Positions 23,564-34,505 of a DNA stretch of 64,000 nucleotides are shown here, one piece after another. This DNA comes from Caecitellus pseudoparvulus (lineage: Eukaryota; Protista; Bigyra: Bicosoecida), in assembly GCA_965644315.1 (NCBI GenBank), contig CBFFRQ010000042.1:372001-436000 (forward strand), given 5' to 3'. Position 1 is the stretch's first letter. Every line of letters begins with the position of its first letter. The translations under genes and the position numbers were made by a program. Under the pieces are notes generated by a model that was not told the origin of the DNA, did not search any database, and saw nothing but the letters and a program-made list of their open reading frames with translations.

Positions 23564-26500
23564 ATGGCGGCTCCCACGGTTCCCTTGCGTGTGCTGCTTC
23601 ACCACGTCGTGGACAGCTGCTATGAGGAGCTTGTGGCAGCTGGCCGCGATTTAGCCGGGGAGGACATCTCCAGCAGGCGCACAAAGACGTACCAGATGCT
23701 TTTTCGGCTCCGCCTTCGCATCACCAAGGCTGTGGCACTCGTGCGCCTGCTCAACCAAGGGCCAGCAACCGCGGAAATAGGAGCCAAGCACCAGGCGACA
23801 CTGCGGATGCAGCATGCCTGCAAGGCATTGGCGGGAGCAGGGGCACCGCTTGCCCACCCACTCACTGTAGGGCTGGGGCGCCATCTGCCTACAACTGATG
23901 CCGTGGCTGCCACGAGGCTGCTCATGGCTCAGCCCTTCTGGGAGCGGGTGACGGATGCGGCAGCGTCCGCGGCTCCTGTCAAGCCGCCTGTGCCGCCCCA
24001 CGCGCTGCCTCGGGAGGGGCATGCCTTCCTGCAAGCCGCCACAGACCCCACTAGCTGGTTGCACACAGCCTTGCGGCTTCGAGCGCCCCTGCAGACTCTG
24101 GAAACCCGCACCTGTGCAGCCCTGGCAGCCGCAAGTGCTGCCCCACCTGGGGCCACCCTGCAGGTCACGGGGGCCGCTGCGACGCTCCACAGAGAGGGCG
24201 TGTACGAAGTGCGCCTCGTGCCAGCCATGTACCCCCCCACTGCCGGCTCCTGCCCACGGGCTGCTTGGGGTGTGACGGACATCACCCAGGCCTTGCCAGG
24301 GCAGGGGGACTATGCCCGCACAGCCCTGACACGGAACCAGGTGCGACGGCTGGCGTACGGGCTGTCCCACCGCATTCGCCCCTTGGCACTGGACGCAGCG
24401 CTGGCCCTCCTGGACGAGTTCATGCGGCGCATGGTGGCTGGGACGACGCTGCTGGGCCTGGCTGCAGCGGCCACCAGCTTGGGCATCGCCGCCGCTGAGG
24501 CGGCACGCGGGCGAGGTGGGTCGCCGCATGCCGCCACAGTGCGCTTTGCCGGCGCCGCCTTGACGCCGCCCAGCGCCTGCCAGCGGCTGGTGGCGGCCCC
24601 AAGCGCCGCCGCCGTCCGGGAGGTGCTGCGTGGCGCCCGCCGCCACGCCCCACCGCTGCCCACTGCAGTGGACGTCTTGGCGAGCCACCGCGTCCGGCAG
24701 GCACAGGCCATGGCGGCGGGGTGCCTCCTCTTTGCAGTGGACACACTGCCGCTGCCAGGGGACAGCTCCTTGCCCTGGCCAGCTGAGTTGCGCCCGCGCC
24801 TGGGCCTGAGCGAGTGGGCCGACGACAGGCGGCCGCTGTACACATCCCTGGACGACCTGCTGGCCAGCTCCCTGGTCATCGCCCGTGCTGACGGTGCCAG
24901 CGCCATGCCATCCAAGGCTGCGCTGCCTGCACTGCTGGACACGCTGGCCTGTGGCGGTGTGGCCAGCCCGCCCGTGAGGTTGACCGGGCGAGGGGGGGAG
25001 GCGTCCGCCCTGCCCCAGGCGGCAGTGGCGGCCATGCCCACCCCCCTGCCTGCAGCGCTGGCCTGCGTGCACACGTCGCATGCTGCGCCAGACACGGTGT
25101 GCTGGACGTGGTGGGGGGCGCAGGGAGCGGTGCAGGCCGCCTTCCCCACCGCCGAGGCGCCTAGTTTGAGCGAGGCGCTGGGCTTGGCGGTGGCCGTGGC
25201 ACGGCCAGCTCTGCCGCCACAGCCGGCGCCCACAGCAGGCCCGCGCTTGGTGCAGTGCCCTGCAGGTGCCTGGCGCCCCCCCGACCCCCGGCAGGCAGGC
25301 GCAGCCTTGGCAGCCTTCACTGTGGACGGGCGAGGTGTGCGGAGGCAGCGCCTGCGCAAGCGAGCGCGCACGACCACTGGGCAGGGAGCTGCCGTGTCTG
25401 CTGCCTCCAACCCAGGCCATGCACCGACCTTCGTCGATGAGGTAAAGGGGCAAGTACCATACGCCCTGCTGGGGGACCGAGCGGCAGCAGTGCTGGCGGC
25501 TGTGCTGCCGACCTGGGGCGTGGAGCAGGAGGGGGCCCACCCTCATGTGCTGGCGGGGGCTCAGGCACTTGTGGCCGGCCTGCAGCCACACCTGCACAGT
25601 GCCCTGCTGCATGCGTGTGTGGCGTGGGAACGGTACGCCGCTGGCGCCATGCCACACGCGCTTGACAAGGTGCTGCAGGGGGCGGCGGGAGGCCAGCACT
25701 GGTCTGCGCCAGCGACACCCTGGGGGGAGCTGGACCCCGTCCCTGCAGGCATCCTCGCCTTCTTCGAGGCGTCCCCAGAGTCAGTGGGCGCACCGCTCCC
25801 ACTGCAGCAGTGCAGCCTGTCCCTGCCGGCGGACGCCCCGGCCTTTGCTGTCCAGGCGCAACGTGAAGCGGCGAAGGCAGCAGGTGCGCTGGACGAGTGC
25901 TTGCCTCGCATTGTGAACAACGCCTTGTTCCGCCTGGTCACGGTGGCTGCGCGGTGTGGCGCGGCGGCGGCCGTGGACAGTCTGCAGTGGGTGCACGCGG
26001 GTACGTCTGCACCCTGGACGGCCCCAGCAGCCCTGCTGGCCACCGCTGTGCGCCACGCGCGCGAGGTGTGGCAGGGGCACGTCAGCACCCAGCAGGTCCT
26101 TTCCGGCACGCCAGCCATGCTGCTGCGCTCAAGCGGCCTCCGCAGCGCTGCAGGCCGCGCCTTCCTTGGCGCCTTCCTCTCCACGGGCCAGGCTGCAGTG
26201 CAGCACTGCGCTCTGCGCTGCGCAGAACTCCTGATCCTGCAGCGCTCGCTGGGGGACGCCCTGGGTGCGCCAGCTCCAGAGCTCCCCGCGAACGTACTTG
26301 GCCCGGTGACAGTCCCGAGCTCCGTCGCACCACCTGCATTTGGGGTGCAGGTCGCCCAGGCCCAGCTGCCCTTGCACCTGCACCTGCACCCTGGCCAGGT
26401 GCACCTGAGACTGCACTCCATGTGCACTGCCCAGACCACCTGCACAGTGCTCAAGACATTGCCCGGGGACAAGGCCAGCGCGGGCGACGCCCGCGGCCCC

Positions 26501-28114
26501 GGTATGTTGGCTGGGCCCAGCCTAGCTCGGGCCCTGTGCCTGGATGTGGAAGCTGGGAAGGCGCTGGAGTCCCCTCTGGCACGTGGCTTTGTGGGGCACT
26601 TGTTGAGCAGGCACCAAGGCACGCCAAGCCAGTGGCTGGTGCTGCGGGCGCCCAACCGCAGCCTTCAAGACACGCCTGACCGGCCTACGCCAATGGCACC
26701 AGCCAACCAAGCGCCTTCAAGGCTGTCATCGCTCCTGCCCTCTCTGCACGATGCGACTAAGGCGGTCAAGCGCACAGAGACGGGGGGCGGCGGGCGGGCC
26801 CGGCATGCACCATCAGGGGGGCCCTCCACCTCCCCAGTGCTGGACTCCATGTCCACACTACCCGTCGCCCTGCCAGCAAAGGCCGTCAAGTCCATTTCGC
26901 GACTGCTGGCCAAGACACTCCTGTGCACCTTGCCCTCTGACAGCGCAACGGAGCAGCTTGTAACGGCCATGGCGCCGCAGCTGGCCGCCGTCACGAGCCA
27001 GTGGCGGGACACCCTGGAGCTGGCTGCAAGCACCAGCATTTGTACTGAAGCAGAGGTACCTCCCGCCCTCCTTGCTGCCAAGCAGCTGGGCTGCAAGTCC
27101 ATGCTGGTGCTGCCGTTGCCAGTGGAGTTGTTGGTGCAGCAGCGTGAGCAGCGTGGCCTGCATGTGAGGGTGCTGCGCTTGCTTGCCGAGGCAGCCAGCC
27201 AGGCAGGGGCAGTGGCCTTGGCAGTGCTTCCACAGGGTGCCTCTGTGGCCGCCAAGGCCTGGGTGGCCGCCGCCACGCAGCCCCAGCAGCTGGACTGCCA
27301 CAACGGCGGCGCTTGGCCGTTGCCCGTCCTCATCGCGCCCACGGCGCTGCACGCTGACCTGCTGCAGCAAGCAGCCCTTGCCCCTTCCATCGTGGCCTTT
27401 GCCAGGGCTTGGGGCCACGGCCAGCGCACGAAAGAGGTCCGTGTTGAGAACTACCTGCTGGACCGTGCACGGAAGCAGCAGGCAGCGAGCGGCGCTGCCG
27501 TTGACCAGGGCACGCACGGTCCAGTGCCAAAGGCCCCACCGCCCCTCCCGGAGGGATTGGAGCTTGTCCTGCCCCCTGGGTGGGCGTGGGGGAAGCAAGA
27601 CGTCCAGCGCACACTGCCTCAAGTGGTCCTGAACGTGTCTGGTAGCAGGGGCCGCTTCAAGCAGACTTTGCAGTGCGCCTTGGTACACGATAGGGTTGTG
27701 GTGCCTTGCGCCCCTGCTGCCCTCCTCCTAGCCCCACGTGTCGTGCTTCCCCGTGAGGATTTGACCCCTGCACAGAGTGACGCGTCGGTGGCGCTGGGCG
27801 TGCTCAAGCAGGTGCAGACGGCAGAGCTGCTGCACGCCACGCGGGCTGCTATCCGCCGCGCCCAGGCCCAGCAAGCGCTGCAGGACGAGGGCTTCGTGGT
27901 GACCCCGCAGGGCGACCAGCTTGCCGTCGCGGGCCTGGGCTCCCTGCAGCCAGGCTTGGCAAGGGCTATCCCAGCTCACCTTGCGTCAGGGGCAGCGGGC
28001 CTGCCCCACATTCAGCATGTTCGCGCCCAGGTGTCAATCGCGATGAACGGCGACATGAACGTGACTGGCTCAGGGGTTGGCATCTTGCAGGCATTCCTAG
28101 GCACGGGTCAATAG
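23564..28114 (+). CDS. MED14: Mediator subunit 14-like protein (divergent, single exon, about 1516 aa)
   Basis: N-terminus VPLRVLLHHVVDSCYEELV...RRTKTYQMLFRLRLRITKAVALVR matches the Med14 N-terminal pattern, and the length is typical. The remainder is not recognisable by eye. Confidence 0.65.
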   Translation: MAAPTVPLRVLLHHVVDSCYEELVAAGRDLAGEDISSRRTKTYQMLFRLRLRITKAVALVRLLNQGPATAEIGAKHQATLRMQHACKALAGAGAPLAHPLTVGLGRHLPTTDAVAATRLLMAQPFWERVTDAAASAAPVKPPVPPHALPREGHAFLQAATDPTSWLHTALRLRAPLQTLETRTCAALAAASAAPPGATLQVTGAAATLHREGVYEVRLVPAMYPPTAGSCPRAAWGVTDITQALPGQGDYARTALTRNQVRRLAYGLSHRIRPLALDAALALLDEFMRRMVAGTTLLGLAAAATSLGIAAAEAARGRGGSPHAATVRFAGAALTPPSACQRLVAAPSAAAVREVLRGARRHAPPLPTAVDVLASHRVRQAQAMAAGCLLFAVDTLPLPGDSSLPWPAELRPRLGLSEWADDRRPLYTSLDDLLASSLVIARADGASAMPSKAALPALLDTLACGGVASPPVRLTGRGGEASALPQAAVAAMPTPLPAALACVHTSHAAPDTVCWTWWGAQGAVQAAFPTAEAPSLSEALGLAVAVARPALPPQPAPTAGPRLVQCPAGAWRPPDPRQAGAALAAFTVDGRGVRRQRLRKRARTTTGQGAAVSAASNPGHAPTFVDEVKGQVPYALLGDRAAAVLAAVLPTWGVEQEGAHPHVLAGAQALVAGLQPHLHSALLHACVAWERYAAGAMPHALDKVLQGAAGGQHWSAPATPWGELDPVPAGILAFFEASPESVGAPLPLQQCSLSLPADAPAFAVQAQREAAKAAGALDECLPRIVNNALFRLVTVAARCGAAAAVDSLQWVHAGTSAPWTAPAALLATAVRHAREVWQGHVSTQQVLSGTPAMLLRSSGLRSAAGRAFLGAFLSTGQAAVQHCALRCAELLILQRSLGDALGAPAPELPANVLGPVTVPSSVAPPAFGVQVAQAQLPLHLHLHPGQVHLRLHSMCTAQTTCTVLKTLPGDKASAGDARGPGMLAGPSLARALCLDVEAGKALESPLARGFVGHLLSRHQGTPSQWLVLRAPNRSLQDTPDRPTPMAPANQAPSRLSSLLPSLHDATKAVKRTETGGGGRARHAPSGGPSTSPVLDSMSTLPVALPAKAVKSISRLLAKTLLCTLPSDSATEQLVTAMAPQLAAVTSQWRDTLELAASTSICTEAEVPPALLAAKQLGCKSMLVLPLPVELLVQQREQRGLHVRVLRLLAEAASQAGAVALAVLPQGASVAAKAWVAAATQPQQLDCHNGGAWPLPVLIAPTALHADLLQQAALAPSIVAFARAWGHGQRTKEVRVENYLLDRARKQQAASGAAVDQGTHGPVPKAPPPLPEGLELVLPPGWAWGKQDVQRTLPQVVLNVSGSRGRFKQTLQCALVHDRVVVPCAPAALLLAPRVVLPREDLTPAQSDASVALGVLKQVQTAELLHATRAAIRRAQAQQALQDEGFVVTPQGDQLAVAGLGSLQPGLARAIPAHLASGAAGLPHIQHVRAQVSIAMNGDMNVTGSGVGILQAFLGTGQ

Positions 28115-28358
28115 CTCCAGGGCAAATTGGTGCTGGGCCTCGTCGCCCCCCCCGAACAGAAGTTGGTGCACTTCCCAGATGCTGCAATGTAGACAAAACG
28201 GCACAGGGTACGCCTTTCACTTCATCGCGCCCAGCTCAAGCCTGTGTCGGGGCCCGCCACCGTTGCACGCCGGCAGGGCATCGAGCGTGCAACAGTGCAG
28301 CAAGAGCTGCTGAGCAACACAGCACGGCCCAGCACCATCTCTCGCTGCGCCGGGCAGC

Positions 28359-30423
28359 ATGGGAATCCCAGGCCTCTTGCAGTACTTGAAGCCAGTAATC
28401 CAGCCAGCATGCGTTAGTGTGTTCAAGGGCTGCACAGTGGCTGTGGACGCCCTTGTTTGGTACGGGCTCCGCAGCGAAACGCACGTTACCATGAAACGCA
28501 AGTTCACGGCTTTACTTATCCTTCCTCAGGGTGCACCGGGGCGTGTTCATGTGTGCCAAGGAGCTCGCTCGTGGGGAAAGCTGTGATGCATATATAAAGT
28601 ACTGCATGGGCCGTGTGCGCCTGCTACAACGGCACGGAGTGACGCCGTTGCTGGTGTTTGACGGAGGACGCCTGCCAGCCAAGCTGGGCACTGAGCAGGC
28701 TCGCGCCGCAAGCCGCCGTGAGGCCAAGGCGAGAGCTGAGGAAATGCTTGAACGGGGGGAGGGTGACAAGGCATACTCGCTCTTTGCCAAGTCTGTGGAT
28801 GTCACGCCTGACATGTGCCGCAAGGTTATGCAGCATCTGCAGGCCGCCGGAGTCCAGTACCTTGTGGCCCCCTACGAAGCAGACGCACAACTGGCGTACC
28901 TCGCAGCAAAGGGAATCGTGCAAGGCGTCATCACAGAGGACAGCGACACGATTCCGTACGGCTGCCCTGCAGTGCTTTTCAAAATGGACAAGGAGGGGCG
29001 CGGGCAGTTGTACCGGCGGGACGCCCTGGATTCCGTCCCTGCCGGGCGCATATCCCCCCTCGTGCCACGGGGGCTGTCCAAGCTCCAAATGGTGGCTTGG
29101 TGTGTCTTGGCAGGTTGTGACTACTTGCCGTCCTTGTCAGGAGTTGGCGTCAAGGTGGCCCTGCGAAAGCTGGAGGATGCCCGGCGCTGGCTACGCTCCA
29201 ACTTCACAGTGGAGGAGTTCCTGAAACGCATGAAGTACCACGGCCTGCCCGGATTCGACGCGGCGTACTCTAAGCAGTTCCTCATGGCTGTACATACCTT
29301 TCACCACCAGCGGGTGTACTGCCCGGAAGCGAAGCGGGTGGTGTGCCTGTCCCCGTTGCCCGCCGCTGCGTGGAGCCCAGCACACGACGCCCTGGCCGCA
29401 TCAACGGCACAGGGCGTCACGTCTGATGCTCTGCAGTGGCTGCCGCACGGCTACCACTGGCCAGATGCCGAGGCTGGGCAGCTGGACTTCCTCGGCCCGC
29501 TCCTGCCCCCCGACATGGCCCAAGGTGTTGCCGAGGGCGCCATCCACCCAGAGACACTGCAGCCATACCCACCCGAGCTGCTCGCTGCAGTTTCCGACCC
29601 GCCCATGGCTGCGGCACCCTCCACCGCTGCAAGCTCTGGCGTGGAGCAGGCCGCCAGCGCACCAACACCGCGCAGCAGCCTCATCACTAGCTTCCTGGTG
29701 CAGCAGCGGCCCCAGTCGTCGCCTGAAGAAGGGTCCACGCCCCTCTCACGCACTGACAGTGCTGGAAGCAGTTCTCAGGGTGGCCACAAGCGCCGCAGGT
29801 CCCGCAGCTCCACTAGCACCACCACACCCGAGCCTGATGCTGTGGGCAGCGAAGTCGCAGGGACTGCATCCCGCTACTTCGCCAAGCCCACGCCCCGCAA
29901 GGTAGCCCGCACCACCGAAGCCGCTTCGCCTGCTGTCAGCCTTGCACCCTTTCACTACGGAGACACGCCAGAGCTGCCTGTGCGGCCGAGTCCCAGCACT
30001 GGCACGGCGCCTGGGGATGAAGCGTGTCCTTCAAGTCTGGCAGGCCACCTGCGCAAGCGCCTCGTCGCAGCCACCGCCCCTCCCGCGGGCACCCCCAGTG
30101 TCTCTGGCGGGACCAAGTCCTTGCTGGCAAGCTTTGCGTACAGTGGCGGGACGGCACCCAGCACCGGGGCTTCGTCAAGTGCATTGCCGTCTGGCCCACC
30201 CAGCACCTGCCGGAGCTTTGTGTACTCCCCCCACACCTCCTGTCGAGGGGCAAGCACGGCAGCTGAAGCCGTTGCCGGGGACGTTGCGAAGGTGCTGCCC
30301 TTCACCAAGAGCCAGGGCACAGGGACAGTGCACAGCAGCCCCAGCAAGCCGCGGAGACGACGGGCTGGGCTGGGGCGCCCCCGGCAGCCTCTCCTACGAG
30401 TGCAGAAGCCTGCCCTATCATAA
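28359..30423 (+). CDS. EXO1: Exonuclease 1 (XPG/Rad2 family); 2 exons
   Basis: MGIPGLL..VAVDALVWVHRGVFMCAKEL, LLVFDGGRLPAK, APYEADAQLAYL, ITEDSD, LAGCDYLPSL and FHHQRVYCP. Intron 28460..28529. Confidence 0.95.
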
Positions 30424-30424
30424 T

Positions 30425-31166
30425 TCACGAACGGGAGCTGCCGGCCTTCTTGGCCTTCTGGGGCTTGGGCACGAAAGCCTCAGCTGCCTCCACCGCCTGC
30501 GACACGGAGTCGTGCAGGGCAGCCACCTGGGCCTTAGAGGCGGACACCTCCAGCGTGGACAGCTCCCCTGTGTTGGCGTCCCTGGACACGAAGCGAAGGA
30601 CATACTGCTGCTGGTTCACCTTGCCGCTCGCAGAGGTGCGTGTCACGTAGTCCAGGCGCCAGCCCGCCTGTACGAGAGCTGGCAGTGCAGTGCTGCACGG
30701 AGCCGCGCTGCGCTGCGCTGGCACTGCTGGCATGACCCCCGTCACAATCAACTGCGCATGCCCTGCAGGCACGTGGGCCTCTTGAAGCTGCTGCCTGTGC
30801 ACGCAGGCGCGGGTGGCGGTGAGCGGCATGGAGCCAGGGACCAGCTGTTGAGGCTAGCACGCACTGCAAGGTGGCGCTGTCCAAGCCCTCGCGCACAGCT
30901 CGAGCAAGCACTTCCAGGATGAAGGCGTAAGCGACCTTTGCGTCGGCGCTGCCCGCAAATGGCGCTTCTGGAACGTGGGGGGGCGTGCTTGGTGAAGAGT
31001 CTGCTGCACTGCACCTGCACAGCACGAGCCTCGCACCTTGCCCCAGGGGCCCCCTGCCGGCATCCACGTGGCGTCGCACAGCACGAACGATGGGCTTGAG
31101 GTCCTCTTCAGACATGGCAGCCACAGTGCCTGCACCCACGCCTGCAGCCTCGACAGCAGCAGCCAT
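30425..31166 (-). CDS. COMMD3: COMM-domain protein, most like COMMD3; 3 exons
   Basis: C-terminal COMM motif LPALVQAGWRLDYVTRTS..KVNQQQYVLRF..EVSASKAQVAAL, with a helical N-domain AKVAYAFILEVLARAVREGLD. Confidence 0.72.
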
Positions 31167-31326
31167 GGCGTGAGGCTGCCTGATGTTGGCTAGTGATCGC
31201 ACCCTCACGGCGCACAGGGGCTCCTCAGAAGGCAGCCCGCAATGAGCGAGCGGGGGCCTGCAGCGGGCAAATGCAGGCTAGCCGGTGCATGCAGCTCATG
31301 AATTGTGTGCTGAGCCCGTGCCTGCA

Positions 31327-32112
31327 TCAGCGGCCAGAACCCTCGGCGCCTGGGCTCGGCCTTGGTGCTGGCGTGGGCAGTTTCCTGCCTAGCTGGCTCT
31401 GCAAGAGCTCCCGCATTCGCGTGGCATACTTGCGCGCAGCCACACGGTCCACCTCCACCCCGTCTCCATGCATGTACTGCATGGACAGGTTGTGGCAGGC
31501 TGCCGTGTCCGCTTGCTCCTCGCACGCTCGTGCGAGGTGTCCGGCGGCGGCAGCAGGGTCTCTCGGCACACTGTACTTTCCGGACAGCAACACACTGCCT
31601 AAGAAGGAGCAGGCACTGCCCTGGCCTTCCTCAGCGCAGGCCAGGCGCAGCTGCTGCAGACCCTTGTCCACGTCCCGCGGTGTAGACGTGGCCACGATGC
31701 GCTCCCTCCCTGCAGCGGCGCAAGCATCCGCGTTGCCTGCGCTGCAGGCTTTGTCAAAGAGGAGCATGGCTCGAGGCACGTCCTTCTTCGTCCCTCGCCC
31801 AATGCCTGTGAGGGGGCAGCCAGCGTGTTCAGCGCGCAACGCAGCGAACCACCCGCATCAACACGCACTCATCTGCAGGCCAGCATTGAAGCAAGAGTTG
31901 GCATGCCCATTGGCTGCGCAGTTGTCCGCGAAAATAGCCATGCTGCGGGCATAGTCGCCACGCATGGTGGCCCACCACTCCCCCAGACTGTTGCACGCAG
32001 TGCCGTCGCCTTCCCCGCACGCCAGCCGAAACTCCGTAAACTTCTCCTCGTTCAATTTCCGCTGCAAAGCGCCTGCCCGCAGGCGCTCACGTTCCGCGCG
32101 CGCTGGCGTCAT
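31327..32112 (-). CDS. COA7: Sel1-like repeat protein, COA7-like (cytochrome c oxidase assembly factor 7); 2 exons
   Basis: Cys-paired SLRs: AC..GDGTACNSLG, NC..NGHANSCF, KACSAGNADAC and RACEEQADTAACHNLSMQYMHGDGVEVD. Intron about 31868..31806. Confidence 0.75.
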
Positions 32113-32408
32113 GGTCAGCTGGTCGCAGGCGCGCTTTTTCTCCCTTTTGAGGGGGGTGGCGTCAAGGGCTGTGCGTCCGGCAAACGCCGCGCTGGTGTCG
32201 GCGTGGGCCAAGCCCGTCGACCCAAACGAAGAAGGACAGGCTCGCTGCAGCACAGCGACAGAGCAGGAAAACGTAAGTTTCCTGGTAATAGCCGGGTTGT
32301 TTGGGTTTGTTGAGTGGTCCTGTGGTGTGCTTTGCACGGCAGGGCCTGTGTCAGGCCCAAGCCAACGCCCACTGCGTTGCGCGTGCAAAGAGGCCTTTGC
32401 TAGGTGCT

Positions 32409-32419
32409 TATATACTAAA
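32409..32419 (+). promoter_or_regulatory. TATA-like element of the U6 Pol III promoter
   Basis: TATATACTAAA lies about 25 nt upstream of the U6 5' hairpin, in an AT-rich island within otherwise GC-rich DNA. Confidence 0.6.
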
Positions 32420-32433
32420 CGTTGGATCACACT

Positions 32434-32543
32434 TTGCCTTCGGGCAATTTGTTATACGGATTACAATACAGAGAAAATTAGCATGGTCCCTGCATCAAGG
32501 ATGACACCATACGGTATTCGAGAAGGAATATCCCACTTTTTTT
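32434..32543 (+). ncRNA. U6: U6 spliceosomal snRNA
   Basis: 5' hairpin TTGCC-TTCG-GGCAA, ACAGAGA box (32468-32474), AGC triad, ISL ATGGTCCCTGCATCAAGGATGACA, and a T7 Pol III terminator (32537-32543). Confidence 0.95.
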
Positions 32544-32630
32544 GCTTTCCCAACCGCGCTTTCAGCACCCCCCTTGCCCCCAAAACCCGCAAACCAAGGA
32601 GCTTGTCGCACGATTCACATGGCATGGAGC

Positions 32631-34505
32631 ATGGCAGCGCAGAGCAGTGACACCCATGCGCACCACGCTGGCAGAGGCCGGGAGGAGGAAGGAGGTACCC
32701 CCGGTTTCATGCGGCAACCCACGCAGCAGGCCAGCATGCGCCAGGGAGCGACGCTGACCGCATGCCTGCCACGGCCGCCACGGTGCTGCCCCTCCCGAGT
32801 GACTGAGATATGGCACATACTGAGGCGGCGCCTTTGGCTGCTGCTGGACGACCCCAGCAGCTCCGGCCTGGTATGTGCTGCTGCTTCAGGCGCGCGTGTG
32901 AGCTGGAGGCAAGGTGCCGCACCTTCCGGCCCCTGCACAGGCACAAGGCATATCCCTGTTCATCATGGCGCTCATTGCCATCTCATGCACAACCTTCGTT
33001 GTGGAAACGCTGCCGTATTTCCAAGAGAACCCCTCCCCTGTTTGGTGTGTGCAAGGAGAGGTGTGACCTCCAGGAAACGCTCGGAGGCAACGCAAGACCC
33101 TTTGCGCCGTCGCCGCCCACCGCAGGGACCTCATTGAAACTGTGTGCATTGCGATTTTCACAACCGAGTGCGTTGGAGCGCCTGTGGGCGCTGAGTGCGC
33201 CCCGACCGCACACTGTGCTCACGGCCCACTTGGTGCAGGTTTTTGCTTCGCTTCATCAGCTGCCCCGACATGCGAGCCTTTTGGAGCAGTGAGTTGCGGT
33301 GCAGCGCGCCTGCACAACTCGTCAGCAGCAGGGCGGCACGGGGTGCGTGGCAGCAGTACATCCCCCCCTCTGCTCCGCATCTGCGCAGGCGCGCTGAATA
33401 TCATCGACTTCGTGTCCATCCTTCCCTTTTACGTGGAGCGCATGGCCGGCTCGTCTGCGGCGTCGGGCTCCGCCGTGTTCAGGGTGGTGCGCCTAGTGCG
33501 TGTGTTCCGGGTGTTCAAGATCTCCAGGTACTTGACCTGGGTGAAGATCTTCGCTGAAGCCCTTGTGCAGAGCTGGCAGCCCCTCGCCATGCTGGTCTTC
33601 GTCATGGGCATTGCCACCGTCGTCTTCTCCTCAGCGCTGTACTACGCTGAACGAGACGCCATCAATGCGCGCACCGGCCGGCCCAATGTCCTGTCCATCC
33701 CTGACGCCTTCTGGTGGTGCATCATCACCATGACCACTGTGGGGTACGGGGACAAGGTGCCCATCACGGGCATGGGCAAGGCCATCGCGGCAGTCACCAG
33801 CCTGTGTGGTATCCTCGTCCTGGCCGTGCCCATCACTGTCATCTCCACGAACTTCAACGAACAGTACAGCGCTGTGAAGAAGCAGCGGGAGCGCATGCGG
33901 TCCCGCATGCTGCTGCTGAAGAACCAGTTTAAAGCCCGCAGGTGCGTGCATTCTCGAGCCACTACGTTTGACCGCCCTGTCACTGCCATACCCGCCTGTT
34001 GTTGCACAGAGCTGGCCTGAACGCGATGCTGGACGAGGTGGCAGAGCTCGTCAGCCGCAACACGAGTGACTTCAAGAAGGAAGTGGAGGATGCATTCGAC
34101 AGGACGCAGGGCGAGCTGCTGCGAGAGATGCGGCAGGTGGTCACCATGGCATACGAGCGGCGCAGGGAGCTCATGCGTCGCCGCATCGCTGCTCAGCAGA
34201 GCACGGACCACTTGCTGCAGACGGCCACTTCCCGCCGGGAGGACAAAGCAATTTTCAACGGCCAGCCCATCTCCCCTACTTCCCAGCGCAGGCGCTCCAC
34301 GACGTCTCTCCCCTTGCACTCGGTGTCCAGCCACTCCTTCCAGCGCATGGCAGCTGCACACACGCCTGATGATGTGTCGCACCACGTTGTGTCCGACGAA
34401 GTGCGGCTGGAGCGGGAGAGGCGTGCCGCCCTCCTGCGACTGACCCCCGAGCAGAAGCGAGGCGGCAGGGGGAGCGCGCAAGACACCACTTCGGGCGCCA
34501 CCTAG
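32631..34505 (+). CDS. Voltage-gated K+ channel (Kv-type 6TM, no obvious T1 domain); about 6 exons
   Basis: LWLLLDDPSSS, VETLP, NIIDFVSILPFY, S4 FRVVRLVRVFRVFKISRY, filter TMTTVGYGD and S6 LAVPITVI. Five GT-AG introns. The start could be 32619 or 32631. Confidence 0.92.

Noticed and set aside
32405-32428. TATATACTAAACGTTGGATC resembles the vertebrate U6 segment CATATACTAAAATTGGAAC, which could suggest a U6 split by an insertion
   Set aside because: The intervening sequence is not GT-AG and itself forms the UUCG 5' hairpin of a complete, normal-length U6. The element is better explained as the TATA box.
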